A program made the translations under genes and the position numbers. Below the pieces are notes generated by a model. The model searched no databases. It was not told the origin of the DNA and saw only the letters and a list, made by a program, of their open reading frames with translations. A stretch of DNA of 64,000 nt, taken from NCBI GenBank assembly GCA_050945795.1, contig JBMNTP010000002.1, positions 22,188 to 86,187 on the forward strand, given 5' to 3'. Shown piece by piece: positions 48,023 through 57,450 of this stretch (positions are counted from its first letter, which is position 1; the number at the start of each line of letters is the position of its first letter). This stretch comes from Christensenellales bacterium. GTDB taxonomy: Bacteria > Bacillota > Clostridia > Christensenellales > MGBC116941.

Positions 48023-48958
48023 GTGGATATTTTTTCGATACTCCAATCTGTACTTGGCGTTTTTGTCCTGGTGGCGGCGGGATACTACCTCTGCCATAGA
48101 AAAATACTCAACCGCGAGGCCGGCGATGTTTTCGCTAAGCTTGTTACTATGGTGAGTATACCCGGGCTGCTTATTTCGACAATATATAATCAATTCAGCG
48201 TATCAATGCTTAGTGAAGCGGCGCTGCTTTTTTTGGTGGGTTTTGCGGCTCAAGTTATAATAATGCTTGCCGCCATACCTTTAGCACGGCTGCTTAAAAT
48301 ACCCTCAAACAGGCGCGGGCTTTTTATATGCCTTTGCGCATTTGGCAATTATGTATTTGTAGGGCTACCCATCTCCTCCGCCATATTTGGAGAGGCGGCG
48401 GCAGTCGCTTCTATCTGCTTTTATATATCGAATATTATAATATTTTGGACGGTAGGGCTATTAGCTATAGCCGGCGACGCAGGTGAACAAATAACATGGC
48501 GTATAGCTCTTAAAAAAATGGCCAATCCTCCTCTTATAACGTTTTTAGTTATGACAGCGGCTATAATACTTGAAATACAGCTGCCAAAGTTCATACTGCA
48601 AACGGCGGGGTATCTTGGCGGGTTAACAACGCCTATGTCCATGCTTTTTACCGGCATAATAATTTATGATGCCGGCATTAAAGGCATGAAGCTGGAAAAA
48701 GGCGTTATCAGCGTTCTTATAATGCGCTGCGTTGTTGCGGCGGCGGTGGCTTTTGTATTGTCAAAGGCGCTGGGGCTAGGCAGTCAGGATATTAAGATTA
48801 TGACGCTTTTAAGCGCCATGCCGGTGCTGTCGGCTACCTGCATAACGGCGCAGGCTTACGGCGCCGACGCTTATTATGCGGTAAAAAATTTCTTTTGGAC
48901 TACTGTTGCGGGTGTTATAATTATCCCGTTATATGCTATTATACTGCTATCTATATGA
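48023..48958 (+). CDS. AEC family transporter (tandem paralogue)
   Basis: GNYVFVGLP, NPPL, TTPMSM, MPV; same layout as the upstream gene. Confidence 0.88.
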   Translation: MDIFSILQSVLGVFVLVAAGYYLCHRKILNREAGDVFAKLVTMVSIPGLLISTIYNQFSVSMLSEAALLFLVGFAAQVIIMLAAIPLARLLKIPSNRRGLFICLCAFGNYVFVGLPISSAIFGEAAAVASICFYISNIIIFWTVGLLAIAGDAGEQITWRIALKKMANPPLITFLVMTAAIILEIQLPKFILQTAGYLGGLTTPMSMLFTGIIIYDAGIKGMKLEKGVISVLIMRCVVAAAVAFVLSKALGLGSQDIKIMTLLSAMPVLSATCITAQAYGADAYYAVKNFFWTTVAGVIIIPLYAIILLSI

Positions 48959-48988
48959 GGGCGCGACGCGCCATGAAAGGAGCTTGTC

Positions 48989-51900
48989 TTGGTTAGACGG
49001 GTATATGTAGAAAAAAAAGAAGGTTTTAATGTTGAAGCGCGGCAAACACTTAATGATATGCGCGAAAATCTTGGTATAAAGGCTCTTAGCGGCCTTAGAA
49101 TTTTCAACAGATATGACATATCCGGCATTTCGGATGAAGAATATGAGTCGGCTCGCACGCTGGTTTTTTCAGAGCCTCCTGCCGATAATGTTTACGACGA
49201 GGCGCTGCCGGATAGCGACGGCTTTATATTCGCGGTGGAGTATCTGCCGGGGCAGTATGACCAACGTGCCGATAGCGCCGCGCAATGCGTGCAACTGTTG
49301 ACGCAGGGCGAAAGGCCGAAGGTAAAGGTGGCGCGTGTATATGTGCTTTTTGGTGATCTTTCAAGCGAGGATATCTCGGCTATAATCTCTTATTGCATAA
49401 ACCCCGTCGATTCGCGGCAGGCGTCGCTTGACAAACCGAATACACTCTACGATGTTCTTGAATCGCCGCCAGCGGTATCTGTGCTTGACGGCTTTATAAA
49501 TATGGATAAGTCGGAGCTTTTGGCGCTATGGGAGCGGTTAGGCATGGCTATGAGCCTTGACGACCTTGAGTTTTGCCGCGATTACTTCGCCTCAGAGCGT
49601 CGTAATCCCACGATAACCGAAATGAGGGTTATAGATACATACTGGTCCGACCATTGCCGCCATACTACCTTCCTTACCCGCATAGAAAAGGTGGAGATAG
49701 AGCCGGGCGAGTTTTCTAACTGTATAAAATCAGAATACGATAAATACATAGCCGCGAGAGAAAAAATCGGGCGCGCCGATCGTGATATAAACCTTATGGA
49801 TATGGCTACGATATGTATGCGTGAGGCTAAGGCGGCGGGGCTGTTAGACGCGCTTGATGAATCTGAGGAAATAAATGCCTGCTCTATAAAAGCCGATATA
49901 ACTGTAAACGGCGAAAAAGAGCAATGGCTTATAATGTTTAAAAACGAAACCCACAACCACCCCACCGAAATAGAGCCTTTCGGCGGCGCGGCCACCTGCC
50001 TTGGCGGAGCTATACGAGACCCGCTTTCGGGTCGGTCTTATGTCTATCAGGCGATGCGGGTAACCGGAGCCGGCAATATACTTGAGAGCATCCATGACAC
50101 TATGGAGGGCAAGCTGCCGCAAAGGACAATAACCACTCAAGCAGCGAAAGGCTATTCTAGCTACGGCAATCAGATAGGACTGGCTACCGGCATAGTAGAC
50201 GAGCTGTATCATGAAGGATATAAAGCCAAGCGCATGGAAATAGGCGCTGTTATAGCCGCCGCCCCCGCTAAAAACGTAGTAAGGGAGCGGCCGGCACCCG
50301 GCGACGCAATCCTCCTTATAGGCGGCAGAACGGGAAGAGATGGCTGCGGGGGAGCGACCGGCTCTAGTAAAGCGCATGATGAAGAAAGCATAGAAAGCGG
50401 CGGAGCCGAGGTGCAAAAGGGCAATCCTATTACCGAGCGCAAGCTGCAGCGACTGTTCCGCGATGCGGCTTTTAGCCGCCTTATAAAGCGGTGCAACGAC
50501 TTTGGAGCTGGCGGCGTATGCGTAGCTATAGGCGAGCTTGCCGATGGAATTTTGGTAAACCTAGACTCTGTTCCTAAAAAATATGAAGGATTAGACGGTA
50601 CTGAGCTGGCCATATCTGAATCTCAGGAGCGTATGGCCGTCGTTGTCGACGCCAAAAATGCGCAGCGCATAAAAGAGCTGGCGGCGCTAGAGAATCTTGA
50701 GGCTACCGTTGTAGCCGAGGTTACCGGCGACGCTAGGATGGTAATGCATTGGCGCGGCGATACTATTGTAAATATATCAAGAGATTTTCTAAATACAAAT
50801 GGAGTTACGCAAAAAGCCGAGGTTTTGGTAAAAGCGCCGGCTAAGCCGCGACCCAAGATTATAGAGGGCAGCGCGCTTGATAAATGGAAAGCGGCGGTAT
50901 CAGACCTAAACGGCTGCTCAAAGCAGGGCATGGCGGAAATATTCGACTCCACCGTCGGCGCGGCTACAGTTTTAATGCCGTTTGGCGGCAAAACGCAGCT
51001 TACACCGGCTAAGGTTATGGCGGCGCATCTACCTGTGCTGCATGGGCATACAGACGACGGCACTCTTATGAGCTTTGGCATCGACCCGCATACCGGCAGT
51101 TGGAGCCCGTTCCATGGCGGCATGAACGCTGTCGTATACGCGGCTGCGAATATAGTAGCGGCGGGAGGCGATATTAAAAACTGCTTCCTATCGCTTCAGG
51201 AATACTTTGAGCGACTGGGCAACGAAAGTGAAAGATGGGGCAAGCCGTTCGCGGCGCTGCTAGGAGCGCAGGCGGCGCAAAGAGGACTTAAAATAGCCGC
51301 GATAGGCGGTAAGGACAGCATGTCCGGCAGCTTTAACGAGCTTGACGTGCCGCCTACCATTTGCGCTTTTGCCGTATGCCCCGCCGATATGACAAAAATA
51401 GTATCGCCGGAATTTAAGGCGGCGGGCAATATATTAAGATATATAAAAGCCGATAAACTATCCGGCGGAGTGATAGATTTTGAAAAGCTCCTTAGCGGCT
51501 TTAATAAAATAACTGACCTTATATCGAAGGGCAAAGCCGTTTCGGCGGCGGCTGTCGGCATAAAAGGTGTTGCTCATACCATAGCGACCTGCTGTTTTGG
51601 CAACACATTAGGCGTGGAGCTTGAAAACAACCTAAGCGATGATGAGCTTTTTGGCGATAACTGCGGCGGCATAATAATTGAGCTTTTAGAAGATATCGAC
51701 ATAGGAGTAAGGCTAGGACGGATAAGCGAGCGATCCGCTATAACAGCGCCGGACTACGATATACCGGTTATAGAGCTGCAAAAGTCTTTTACCGGCAAGC
51801 TTGATACTGTTTTCCCCACCACCGCCGCGCCTTCATCAATAAGCGGCGACATGCCCCTTTATAGCGCCAAGAGCACAGTGCGGCCCAAGGCCAAAATAGC

Positions 51901-52699
51901 AGCGCCGCGCGTTGTGATACCCGTCTCCCCCGGCACCAATTGCGAATACGATTCTCTTTTGGCGTTTGAGCGGGCAGGAGCCAAAGTTCAGACAGTTATA
52001 ATAAGAAACCTCACTCCGGCGGATATAGAGGACAGCATAAAAGAGCTGGCCAACGCTATATCCAACAGTCAGATAATAATGCTGCCCGGTGGCTTTAGCG
52101 GCGGTGACGAGCCGGACGGCAGCGGCAAATTCATAGCGACAATGTTTAGAAACCCCCGCATATCCGACGCCGTAACATCGCTTATGGACGACAGGGACGG
52201 GCTTATACTCGGCATATGCAACGGATTCCAGGCTTTAATAAAGCTCGGCCTCGTGCCTTACGGGCGCATATGCGATATGACGCCGGACAGCCCCACTCTT
52301 ACCTTCAACACTATAGGCCGTCATGTCAGCCGCATAGTAAATACAAGGGTAACAAGCGTGCTGTCGCCGTGGCTGTCTTTGTGCGAGCCGGGTCAAGTTC
52401 ACGCTATACCGGTATCGCATGGTGAAGGCAGGTTTATCGGCCAAGATGATGAAATAGCGCGGCTCTTTAAAAGCGGGCAGATAGCCACGCAGTATGTAGG
52501 AGAGGATGGCGTTCCCTCAGCTCAAATGCCTTATAACCCCAACGGCTCTATGTATGCTGTTGAAGGACTTTGCAGTCCCGATGGACGTATACTCGGTAAA
52601 ATGGGGCATAGCGAGCGGTATTCAAAAGGGCTTTATATAAATGTACCGGGCGATTTTGAGCAGCATATTTTCAAAAGCGGCGTTGAGTATTTCTCTTAA
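48989..52699 (+). CDS. purL: phosphoribosylformylglycinamidine synthase (large fused PurL/PurQ form)
   Basis: YWSDHCRH, FKNETHNHPTEIEPFGGAAT, DFGAGG, SESQERM, IGGKDSMS, PGTNCE, PGGFSGGD, GICNGFQ, HGEG, MGHSER. Confidence 0.97.
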   Translation: MVRRVYVEKKEGFNVEARQTLNDMRENLGIKALSGLRIFNRYDISGISDEEYESARTLVFSEPPADNVYDEALPDSDGFIFAVEYLPGQYDQRADSAAQCVQLLTQGERPKVKVARVYVLFGDLSSEDISAIISYCINPVDSRQASLDKPNTLYDVLESPPAVSVLDGFINMDKSELLALWERLGMAMSLDDLEFCRDYFASERRNPTITEMRVIDTYWSDHCRHTTFLTRIEKVEIEPGEFSNCIKSEYDKYIAAREKIGRADRDINLMDMATICMREAKAAGLLDALDESEEINACSIKADITVNGEKEQWLIMFKNETHNHPTEIEPFGGAATCLGGAIRDPLSGRSYVYQAMRVTGAGNILESIHDTMEGKLPQRTITTQAAKGYSSYGNQIGLATGIVDELYHEGYKAKRMEIGAVIAAAPAKNVVRERPAPGDAILLIGGRTGRDGCGGATGSSKAHDEESIESGGAEVQKGNPITERKLQRLFRDAAFSRLIKRCNDFGAGGVCVAIGELADGILVNLDSVPKKYEGLDGTELAISESQERMAVVVDAKNAQRIKELAALENLEATVVAEVTGDARMVMHWRGDTIVNISRDFLNTNGVTQKAEVLVKAPAKPRPKIIEGSALDKWKAAVSDLNGCSKQGMAEIFDSTVGAATVLMPFGGKTQLTPAKVMAAHLPVLHGHTDDGTLMSFGIDPHTGSWSPFHGGMNAVVYAAANIVAAGGDIKNCFLSLQEYFERLGNESERWGKPFAALLGAQAAQRGLKIAAIGGKDSMSGSFNELDVPPTICAFAVCPADMTKIVSPEFKAAGNILRYIKADKLSGGVIDFEKLLSGFNKITDLISKGKAVSAAAVGIKGVAHTIATCCFGNTLGVELENNLSDDELFGDNCGGIIIELLEDIDIGVRLGRISERSAITAPDYDIPVIELQKSFTGKLDTVFPTTAAPSSISGDMPLYSAKSTVRPKAKIAAPRVVIPVSPGTNCEYDSLLAFERAGAKVQTVIIRNLTPADIEDSIKELANAISNSQIIMLPGGFSGGDEPDGSGKFIATMFRNPRISDAVTSLMDDRDGLILGICNGFQALIKLGLVPYGRICDMTPDSPTLTFNTIGRHVSRIVNTRVTSVLSPWLSLCEPGQVHAIPVSHGEGRFIGQDDEIARLFKSGQIATQYVGEDGVPSAQMPYNPNGSMYAVEGLCSPDGRILGKMGHSERYSKGLYINVPGDFEQHIFKSGVEYFS

Positions 52700-52721
52700 A
52701 ATCTAAATCGCCTAAAAATAT

Positions 52722-52746
52722 AGAGGCTCCGCATGGAGCCTCTTTT
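52722..52746 (+). terminator. intrinsic terminator after purL
   Basis: AGAGGCTCC-GCAT-GGAGCCTCT-TTT. Confidence 0.85.
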
Positions 52747-52802
52747 ACATCTTTCTTTGCTCTATTCTTGCTAAAATGTGGCATGTGCGGCATTTTATAA
52801 AG

Positions 52803-52853
52803 TTTTGGATCAAACCCTTTTTAAAGGGTTTACCGCCGGAAGCTTCAGGCGGT
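52803..52853 (+). repeat. REP-like palindrome copy 3 plus adjacent GC hairpin
   Basis: TTTTGG.. AAACCCTTT-TT-AAAGGGTTT followed by ACCGCC.GAAGCTTC.GGCGGT. Confidence 0.6.
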
Positions 52854-52924
52854 TTAAAAATGATAGATAACAACAGAGCCAATATATGATAATATATTCT
52901 TATGATTACACAGGAGGAATTGCA

Positions 52925-54334
52925 TTGTCGTTTGTTAAATTTTCGGACAGCGTTTGCATGTTCGATGTAACTCCGCTGGAAAATCTATACATTGAGGAAT
53001 ACATGCGCCGCGCGCCGGGCGACTTTGTCAAGGTGTATATATACGGGCTTATGCATTGCTATCATGCCCGCGAAGCCACGACAAGGACGTTTGCGCACGC
53101 GCTTTCGCTAGAGGAAAACGAGGTGCTAAACGCCTTTAACTACTGGGAGCGCCAAGGGCTTATACGCCGTAGCGGCAACAGCTATGAATATATGCCGGCA
53201 AAGGCGGTAATAGAGCTTGACCGCGACACCGCCTCGGTGCTTTATAAATACAAAGATTTTAACAACCGCCTTCAAGAGCTGCTGCCCGGCCGCCTGCTGC
53301 TGCAAAACGATTTCCAACGCGCGTACGATTGGATAGAAATATACAATCTTGAGCCGGACGCGGTGCTCGTACTCATTTCATGGTGCGTAAGCAGAAAAGG
53401 CCCTAAGATATCTTTCGCGTATATCGATAAAGTTGCGAAGGACTGGGCGTCGCTCGGTATAATAACGCTGGAGCGAGCGGAAGAACATATAAGGCGCGAC
53501 GAGGCGCTGCGCTCCGCCGTAGGCGGCATATTGGCGCATATAGGCATAAAGCGCGCGCCTACTGTTGACGAACATAAGCTTTATTCTAAATGGACATCTG
53601 AGTGGGGATTCACGCGCGAAGCGGTAACCGCCGCCTGCCTCGATATGAGCCGGACGCGCAATCCCAATATGGCGTATCTTGATAAGGTGCTTGAAAGCTA
53701 TCGGGCGCAGGGGATTCTAACCGCCGAAGACATAACGGCGGCGCAAAGCGGCAAGGCCGACCTTAACCGCAGCGTAGGCGAAATGCTTTATAATCTTGCT
53801 ATAAAAGGAGCGCCCGCCCCCGCCCATATAGAGATGTACAAGCGCTGGAGCGAGGAATGGGGCTTTGAGCATAAATCGATAATACACGCCTGCAAGCACG
53901 CGGCGCTCGAGGGCAATCCCTCCCCCGCCTATGTTGAAGCCGAGCTTTGGGCGCTTAAAACAGACGGCATAACAACTCTCGCGCAGGTTAAAGCATATTA
54001 TGAGGAAAGCCGCGAAACCGATCACGAATTACGTGCTGTTTTTAACTGCGCGGGCATAAAGCGCAGCCCGTCGGCTACAGATAGGAAATGGTACGCACGG
54101 GCGACGAGTGAATACGGCATGAGCTCGGAACTTATATGTCATGCCGCGTCTTTGGCACAGGAAGCGCGCAATAAAACGGCCTTTATACAAAAAGTGCTGG
54201 ATGAGTGGCATAAAAACGGCGTAAAAACGCCGGACGAGGCCAGGGCGAGAAAACCCAAGCACAGTCAAAGCGGCACGAAATACGATATGCACGACTATTC
54301 CGATGTTGCCGATACACTATACAATAATTATTGA
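52925..54334 (+). CDS. DnaD-domain replication protein with repeated DnaD/DnaB_2 domains
   Basis: N-terminal ENLYIEEYM..APGDFVKVY; repeated YIDKVAKDW, YLDKVLESY, FIQKVLDEW motifs. TTG 52925 follows AGGAGG. Confidence 0.85.
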   Translation: MSFVKFSDSVCMFDVTPLENLYIEEYMRRAPGDFVKVYIYGLMHCYHAREATTRTFAHALSLEENEVLNAFNYWERQGLIRRSGNSYEYMPAKAVIELDRDTASVLYKYKDFNNRLQELLPGRLLLQNDFQRAYDWIEIYNLEPDAVLVLISWCVSRKGPKISFAYIDKVAKDWASLGIITLERAEEHIRRDEALRSAVGGILAHIGIKRAPTVDEHKLYSKWTSEWGFTREAVTAACLDMSRTRNPNMAYLDKVLESYRAQGILTAEDITAAQSGKADLNRSVGEMLYNLAIKGAPAPAHIEMYKRWSEEWGFEHKSIIHACKHAALEGNPSPAYVEAELWALKTDGITTLAQVKAYYEESRETDHELRAVFNCAGIKRSPSATDRKWYARATSEYGMSSELICHAASLAQEARNKTAFIQKVLDEWHKNGVKTPDEARARKPKHSQSGTKYDMHDYSDVADTLYNNY

Positions 54335-55281
54335 GGAACCGATTTATGTCTGTCGAACAAAACATACTTAGAGAATATGAGCGGCTGCGTCTTAAAAACG
54401 AGCTGGAGCTTGAGGAAAGGCTGGCTAAAGTGTCTTGCCTGCCCGGCGTATCCAAAATTCAGCGGCGGTTGGGCAAGGAATACTCCGCCTTTTTCGCCTG
54501 CCGCCCCGGTGCCGCCGAACGCGATGACGCTCTTAAGCGCATAGCTTCGCTAAACGATCAAATAAAGGCGGCACTTGAAGCGTCAGGGCTTACCCGCGAT
54601 TATCTTGAGCCGCAATACCATTGTAAAACATGCCGCGATACCGGCTTTTTAGAAAACAGCCGTCGCTGCCGCTGCTTTGAAAAGAAAATTGCCGCTTATT
54701 ACGCTAAAGCATGGGGCATGGCGGATACCGGCGCAAGCTTTTCAAGCTTCGATCTTTCGGTATTCAAGGATGCGGAGCACTTAGAGCATATAAAAAGGCT
54801 GTTGCCGGTTTGCAAAAAATATGCCTCCGACTTCCCTGCCACAAAAAAGCGCAATATGCTTTTTATAGGCAAGGCGGGGCTTGGAAAAACGTATATGATG
54901 GAAAGCGTATGCCGCGAGGTTTCCAGCCGCGGCCACGGCGTAATATTTATAACCGCCTACCGGCTTATAGAGATAATAATGCAGTCGGGCTTTGGCGATG
55001 AGCGCGCCACCGCCGTTTCAGAGCTTATTTCCTGCCCGCTTTTAGCCATAGACGACCTGGGCAGCGAGCCTATGTATAACAATATGACTGTCGAAATTCT
55101 TTTCAACATATTAAATGAGCGTATGACGCGCCGCCGGCATACACTAATATGTACAAACCTCGTTTTAGAGCGCATACAGGAGCGCTATGGCGATAGAATA
55201 GCCTCCCGGCTTTTTGATACCGGCAGCACAATAATATCGCTTTTTAAAGGGCGTGACCTTCGGCTTTCCCACCACTTTTAA
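54331..55281 (+). CDS. dnaC: DnaC/IstB-like AAA+ helicase loader
   Basis: Zn motif CKTCRDTG...CRC, Walker A GKAGLGKT, IDDLGSE, NER, RIASRL; overlaps the dnaD-like gene. Confidence 0.85.
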   Translation: MRNRFMSVEQNILREYERLRLKNELELEERLAKVSCLPGVSKIQRRLGKEYSAFFACRPGAAERDDALKRIASLNDQIKAALEASGLTRDYLEPQYHCKTCRDTGFLENSRRCRCFEKKIAAYYAKAWGMADTGASFSSFDLSVFKDAEHLEHIKRLLPVCKKYASDFPATKKRNMLFIGKAGLGKTYMMESVCREVSSRGHGVIFITAYRLIEIIMQSGFGDERATAVSELISCPLLAIDDLGSEPMYNNMTVEILFNILNERMTRRRHTLICTNLVLERIQERYGDRIASRLFDTGSTIISLFKGRDLRLSHHF

Positions 55282-55301
55282 AGCCGGCAATCAGAAAGTG
55301 C

Positions 55302-55330
55302 TTGTATGGCGCGGCGGCGTGTGTTATAAT
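55302..55330 (+). promoter_or_regulatory. sigma-A promoter of the aromatic amino-acid operon
   Basis: TTGTAT-17 bp-TATAAT with TG extension. Confidence 0.8.
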
Positions 55331-55359
55331 CCATGTATTATTAACGAAAGGCAAAGGAT

Positions 55360-55491
55360 ATGGAACAGCTTCTGGCGTTGACATTCGTATTCGTGTATTT
55401 TAGCTTTAGCTTCCTCTTTATGGGCTACGGCTATTTTAAGTACTCGAAAATCGAATCGGCGCATAAGCGATACCGTATTATGGAAATATAA
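55360..55491 (+). CDS. Phe/Tyr-rich attenuator leader peptide (43 aa)
   Basis: MEQLLALTFVFVYFSFSFLFMGYGYFKYSKIESAHKRYRIMEI*: 7 Phe + 5 Tyr, with 11 aromatic codons among codons 9-28. AAAGG upstream. Lies between the promoter and the terminator. Confidence 0.78.
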   Translation: MEQLLALTFVFVYFSFSFLFMGYGYFKYSKIESAHKRYRIMEI

Positions 55492-55546
55492 ACGTAGAAC
55501 CCTGTTTTAACGGTTACAACGGATGCTTATGCGGCATCCGTTTTTT
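55460..55546 (+). terminator. attenuator with antiterminator/terminator pair upstream of aroF
   Basis: Terminator AACGGATGC-TTATGCG-GCATCCGTT-TTTT (55518-55546). CGCATAAGC (55460-55468) is the exact reverse complement of GCTTATGCG (55525-55533), and CCGT (55473-55476) can pair with ACGG (55519-55522). Confidence 0.8.
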
Positions 55547-55578
55547 ATATTTGATTTAAAGTTAAGGAGCGAATTTAA

Positions 55579-56595
55579 ATGATAGTAGTTATGAAAGGCG
55601 GCTCGCCCAAGGGCGAGACGGAGAATGTCGTTAAAGAACTGGAGGGATTGGGAATGCAGGTGCAAATGAATGACGGCATAGGCTGTATGGTGCTTGGCGT
55701 TATAGGCGATACGATATCCATAGACAAGGATAAAATAAGCATGATGCCGGGCGTAGACCGTATTATGCCGGTTAGTGAGCCGTTCAAAAAAGCCAACCGC
55801 AAAGTCCATCCCGGCGATACAATTATAAGGGTTGGTAATGTTACGGTAGGCGGCAAAAAGCTTACCGTTATGGCGGGGCCGTGTTCGGTTGAAAGCAAAG
55901 ATCAGATAGGAGCCGTTGCTATGGCGGTAAAAGACGCCGGCGCTAAAATGCTGCGCGGCGGAGCCTACAAGCCAAGAACATCGCCTTACGCTTTCCAAGG
56001 CCTTGAAAAGCAGGGGCTTGACATGCTGCTTATGGCACGAGAGCTTACCGGCCTTCCCATAGTTACAGAAATAATGTCGCCGCGCCATGTTGAGATGTTT
56101 GAAATGGTTGTAGACGTAATACAGATAGGCGCACGCAATATGCAAAATTTCGATTTGCTAAAAGAAGTTGGGCGCACCAAAAAGCCGGTGCTTTTAAAGC
56201 GCGGCCTGTCTTCAACAATAGAGGAATGGCTTATGTCGGCGGAATACATACTCAACATGGGCAACCCCAATGTAATACTATGCGAGCGCGGCATACGCAC
56301 ATTTGAAACATACACCAGAAACACACTCGATCTAAGCTCTATACCCGCCGTAAAGCGCATGAGCCACCTTCCCATAATAGTAGACCCCTCCCACGCCTGC
56401 GGCATGTCATGGATGGTCGAAAGCATGGCAATGGCGGCGGTGGCGGCGGGCGCAGACGGACTTTTGATAGAAGTGCATAACGACCCTAAAGGCGCGCTTT
56501 GTGACGGGCCGCAGTCCCTCACTCCTGAGCAGTTCGATTCCCTTATGCAAAAGCTAAGGCAGCTTGCCCCGCTTGTAGGGCGGGAGCTTGATTAA
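55579..56595 (+). CDS. aroF: 3-deoxy-7-phosphoheptulonate (DAHP) synthase with N-terminal regulatory domain
   Basis: AGPCSVE, RGGAYKPRTSPY, QIGARNMQNF, LKRG, CERGIRTFE, DPSH, IEVH..P...LCDG. Confidence 0.96.
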   Translation: MIVVMKGGSPKGETENVVKELEGLGMQVQMNDGIGCMVLGVIGDTISIDKDKISMMPGVDRIMPVSEPFKKANRKVHPGDTIIRVGNVTVGGKKLTVMAGPCSVESKDQIGAVAMAVKDAGAKMLRGGAYKPRTSPYAFQGLEKQGLDMLLMARELTGLPIVTEIMSPRHVEMFEMVVDVIQIGARNMQNFDLLKEVGRTKKPVLLKRGLSSTIEEWLMSAEYILNMGNPNVILCERGIRTFETYTRNTLDLSSIPAVKRMSHLPIIVDPSHACGMSWMVESMAMAAVAAGADGLLIEVHNDPKGALCDGPQSLTPEQFDSLMQKLRQLAPLVGRELD

Positions 56596-56604
56596 GGAGC
56601 AATT

Positions 56605-57450
56605 ATGTTTACCACCGTTATAGTCGGCCTTGGGCTTATGGGCGGATCGTTCGCCATGGCGGCACAAGGCTTTAAAGGCGGCAGGATATGCGCTATTGAT
56701 ACCGATAAACAAGTAATGGCGGCGGCGCTTAAAAGCGGCGTTATTGAAAGCGGCTCATCATCGCCCGATATTATATCCAAAGCCGACCTTGCAATATTAT
56801 GCTTAAATCCCGCCGACACCATTTCGTTTATACAGCGAAACGCCGCGCTTTTTAAGCCGGGAAGCCTTGTTACCGATATATCCGGCGTTAAGCGGGCGAT
56901 ACACCCCGCCATAGCCTTGCTGCCACCGGAAGTAGAGTATGTAGGCTCGCACCCCATGGCGGGACGAGAATGCAGCGGATTTAAAAACGCCCAGAAAGAC
57001 TTATTTAAGGGCGCGAATTATATAATAACTCCGGAAAACGCATCTGATAAAAGCGTATCCCTTATACGCGAGCTGGCCGCCTATATAGGATGCTCAAATA
57101 TAATAACCTCAACCGCCGAAACGCACGACCGCAACATAGCATACACCAGCCAGCTTATGCATGTACTAGCGGCGGCAATATGCTTTGACAGCGACTTAAA
57201 AGCGTCTATTGGGTTTGACGGCAACAGCTTTCGCGACTGTACTCGAGTTGCCAAGCTTGATCCTTTGATGTGGAGCAGCCTTTTTGCTTTAAATGCCGAC
57301 TATTTATCATCGTCGGTAAAAAAGCTCGAGGATTCGCTTGGATATTTGCGGCTGCTTATAGAAGGGCGAAACACGAAGGACATCGAACAGGCGCTTTTAA
57401 AGGCGGTAAAACTAAAGGAGGAATGGCAAAATGCAAAGGATTCACGTTAA
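56605..57450 (+). CDS. tyrA: prephenate dehydrogenase
   Basis: VGLGLMGGS, TDISGVK, SHPMAGRE, HD..IAYTSQL.H, FRDCTRVA. Confidence 0.93.
   Translation: MFTTVIVGLGLMGGSFAMAAQGFKGGRICAIDTDKQVMAAALKSGVIESGSSSPDIISKADLAILCLNPADTISFIQRNAALFKPGSLVTDISGVKRAIHPAIALLPPEVEYVGSHPMAGRECSGFKNAQKDLFKGANYIITPENASDKSVSLIRELAAYIGCSNIITSTAETHDRNIAYTSQLMHVLAAAICFDSDLKASIGFDGNSFRDCTRVAKLDPLMWSSLFALNADYLSSSVKKLEDSLGYLRLLIEGRNTKDIEQALLKAVKLKEEWQNAKDSR

Noticed and set aside
52925-55281. prophage or IS21 replication module (DnaD + IstB-like ATPase)
   Set aside because: No IstA, integrase or phage genes nearby; the pair matches the usual chromosomal DnaD/DnaC arrangement of Clostridia.
55335-55560. T-box riboswitch upstream of aroF
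   Set aside because: No T-box consensus (GGTGGNACC) precedes the terminator and no stem I motifs are visible; the leader-peptide model fits better.
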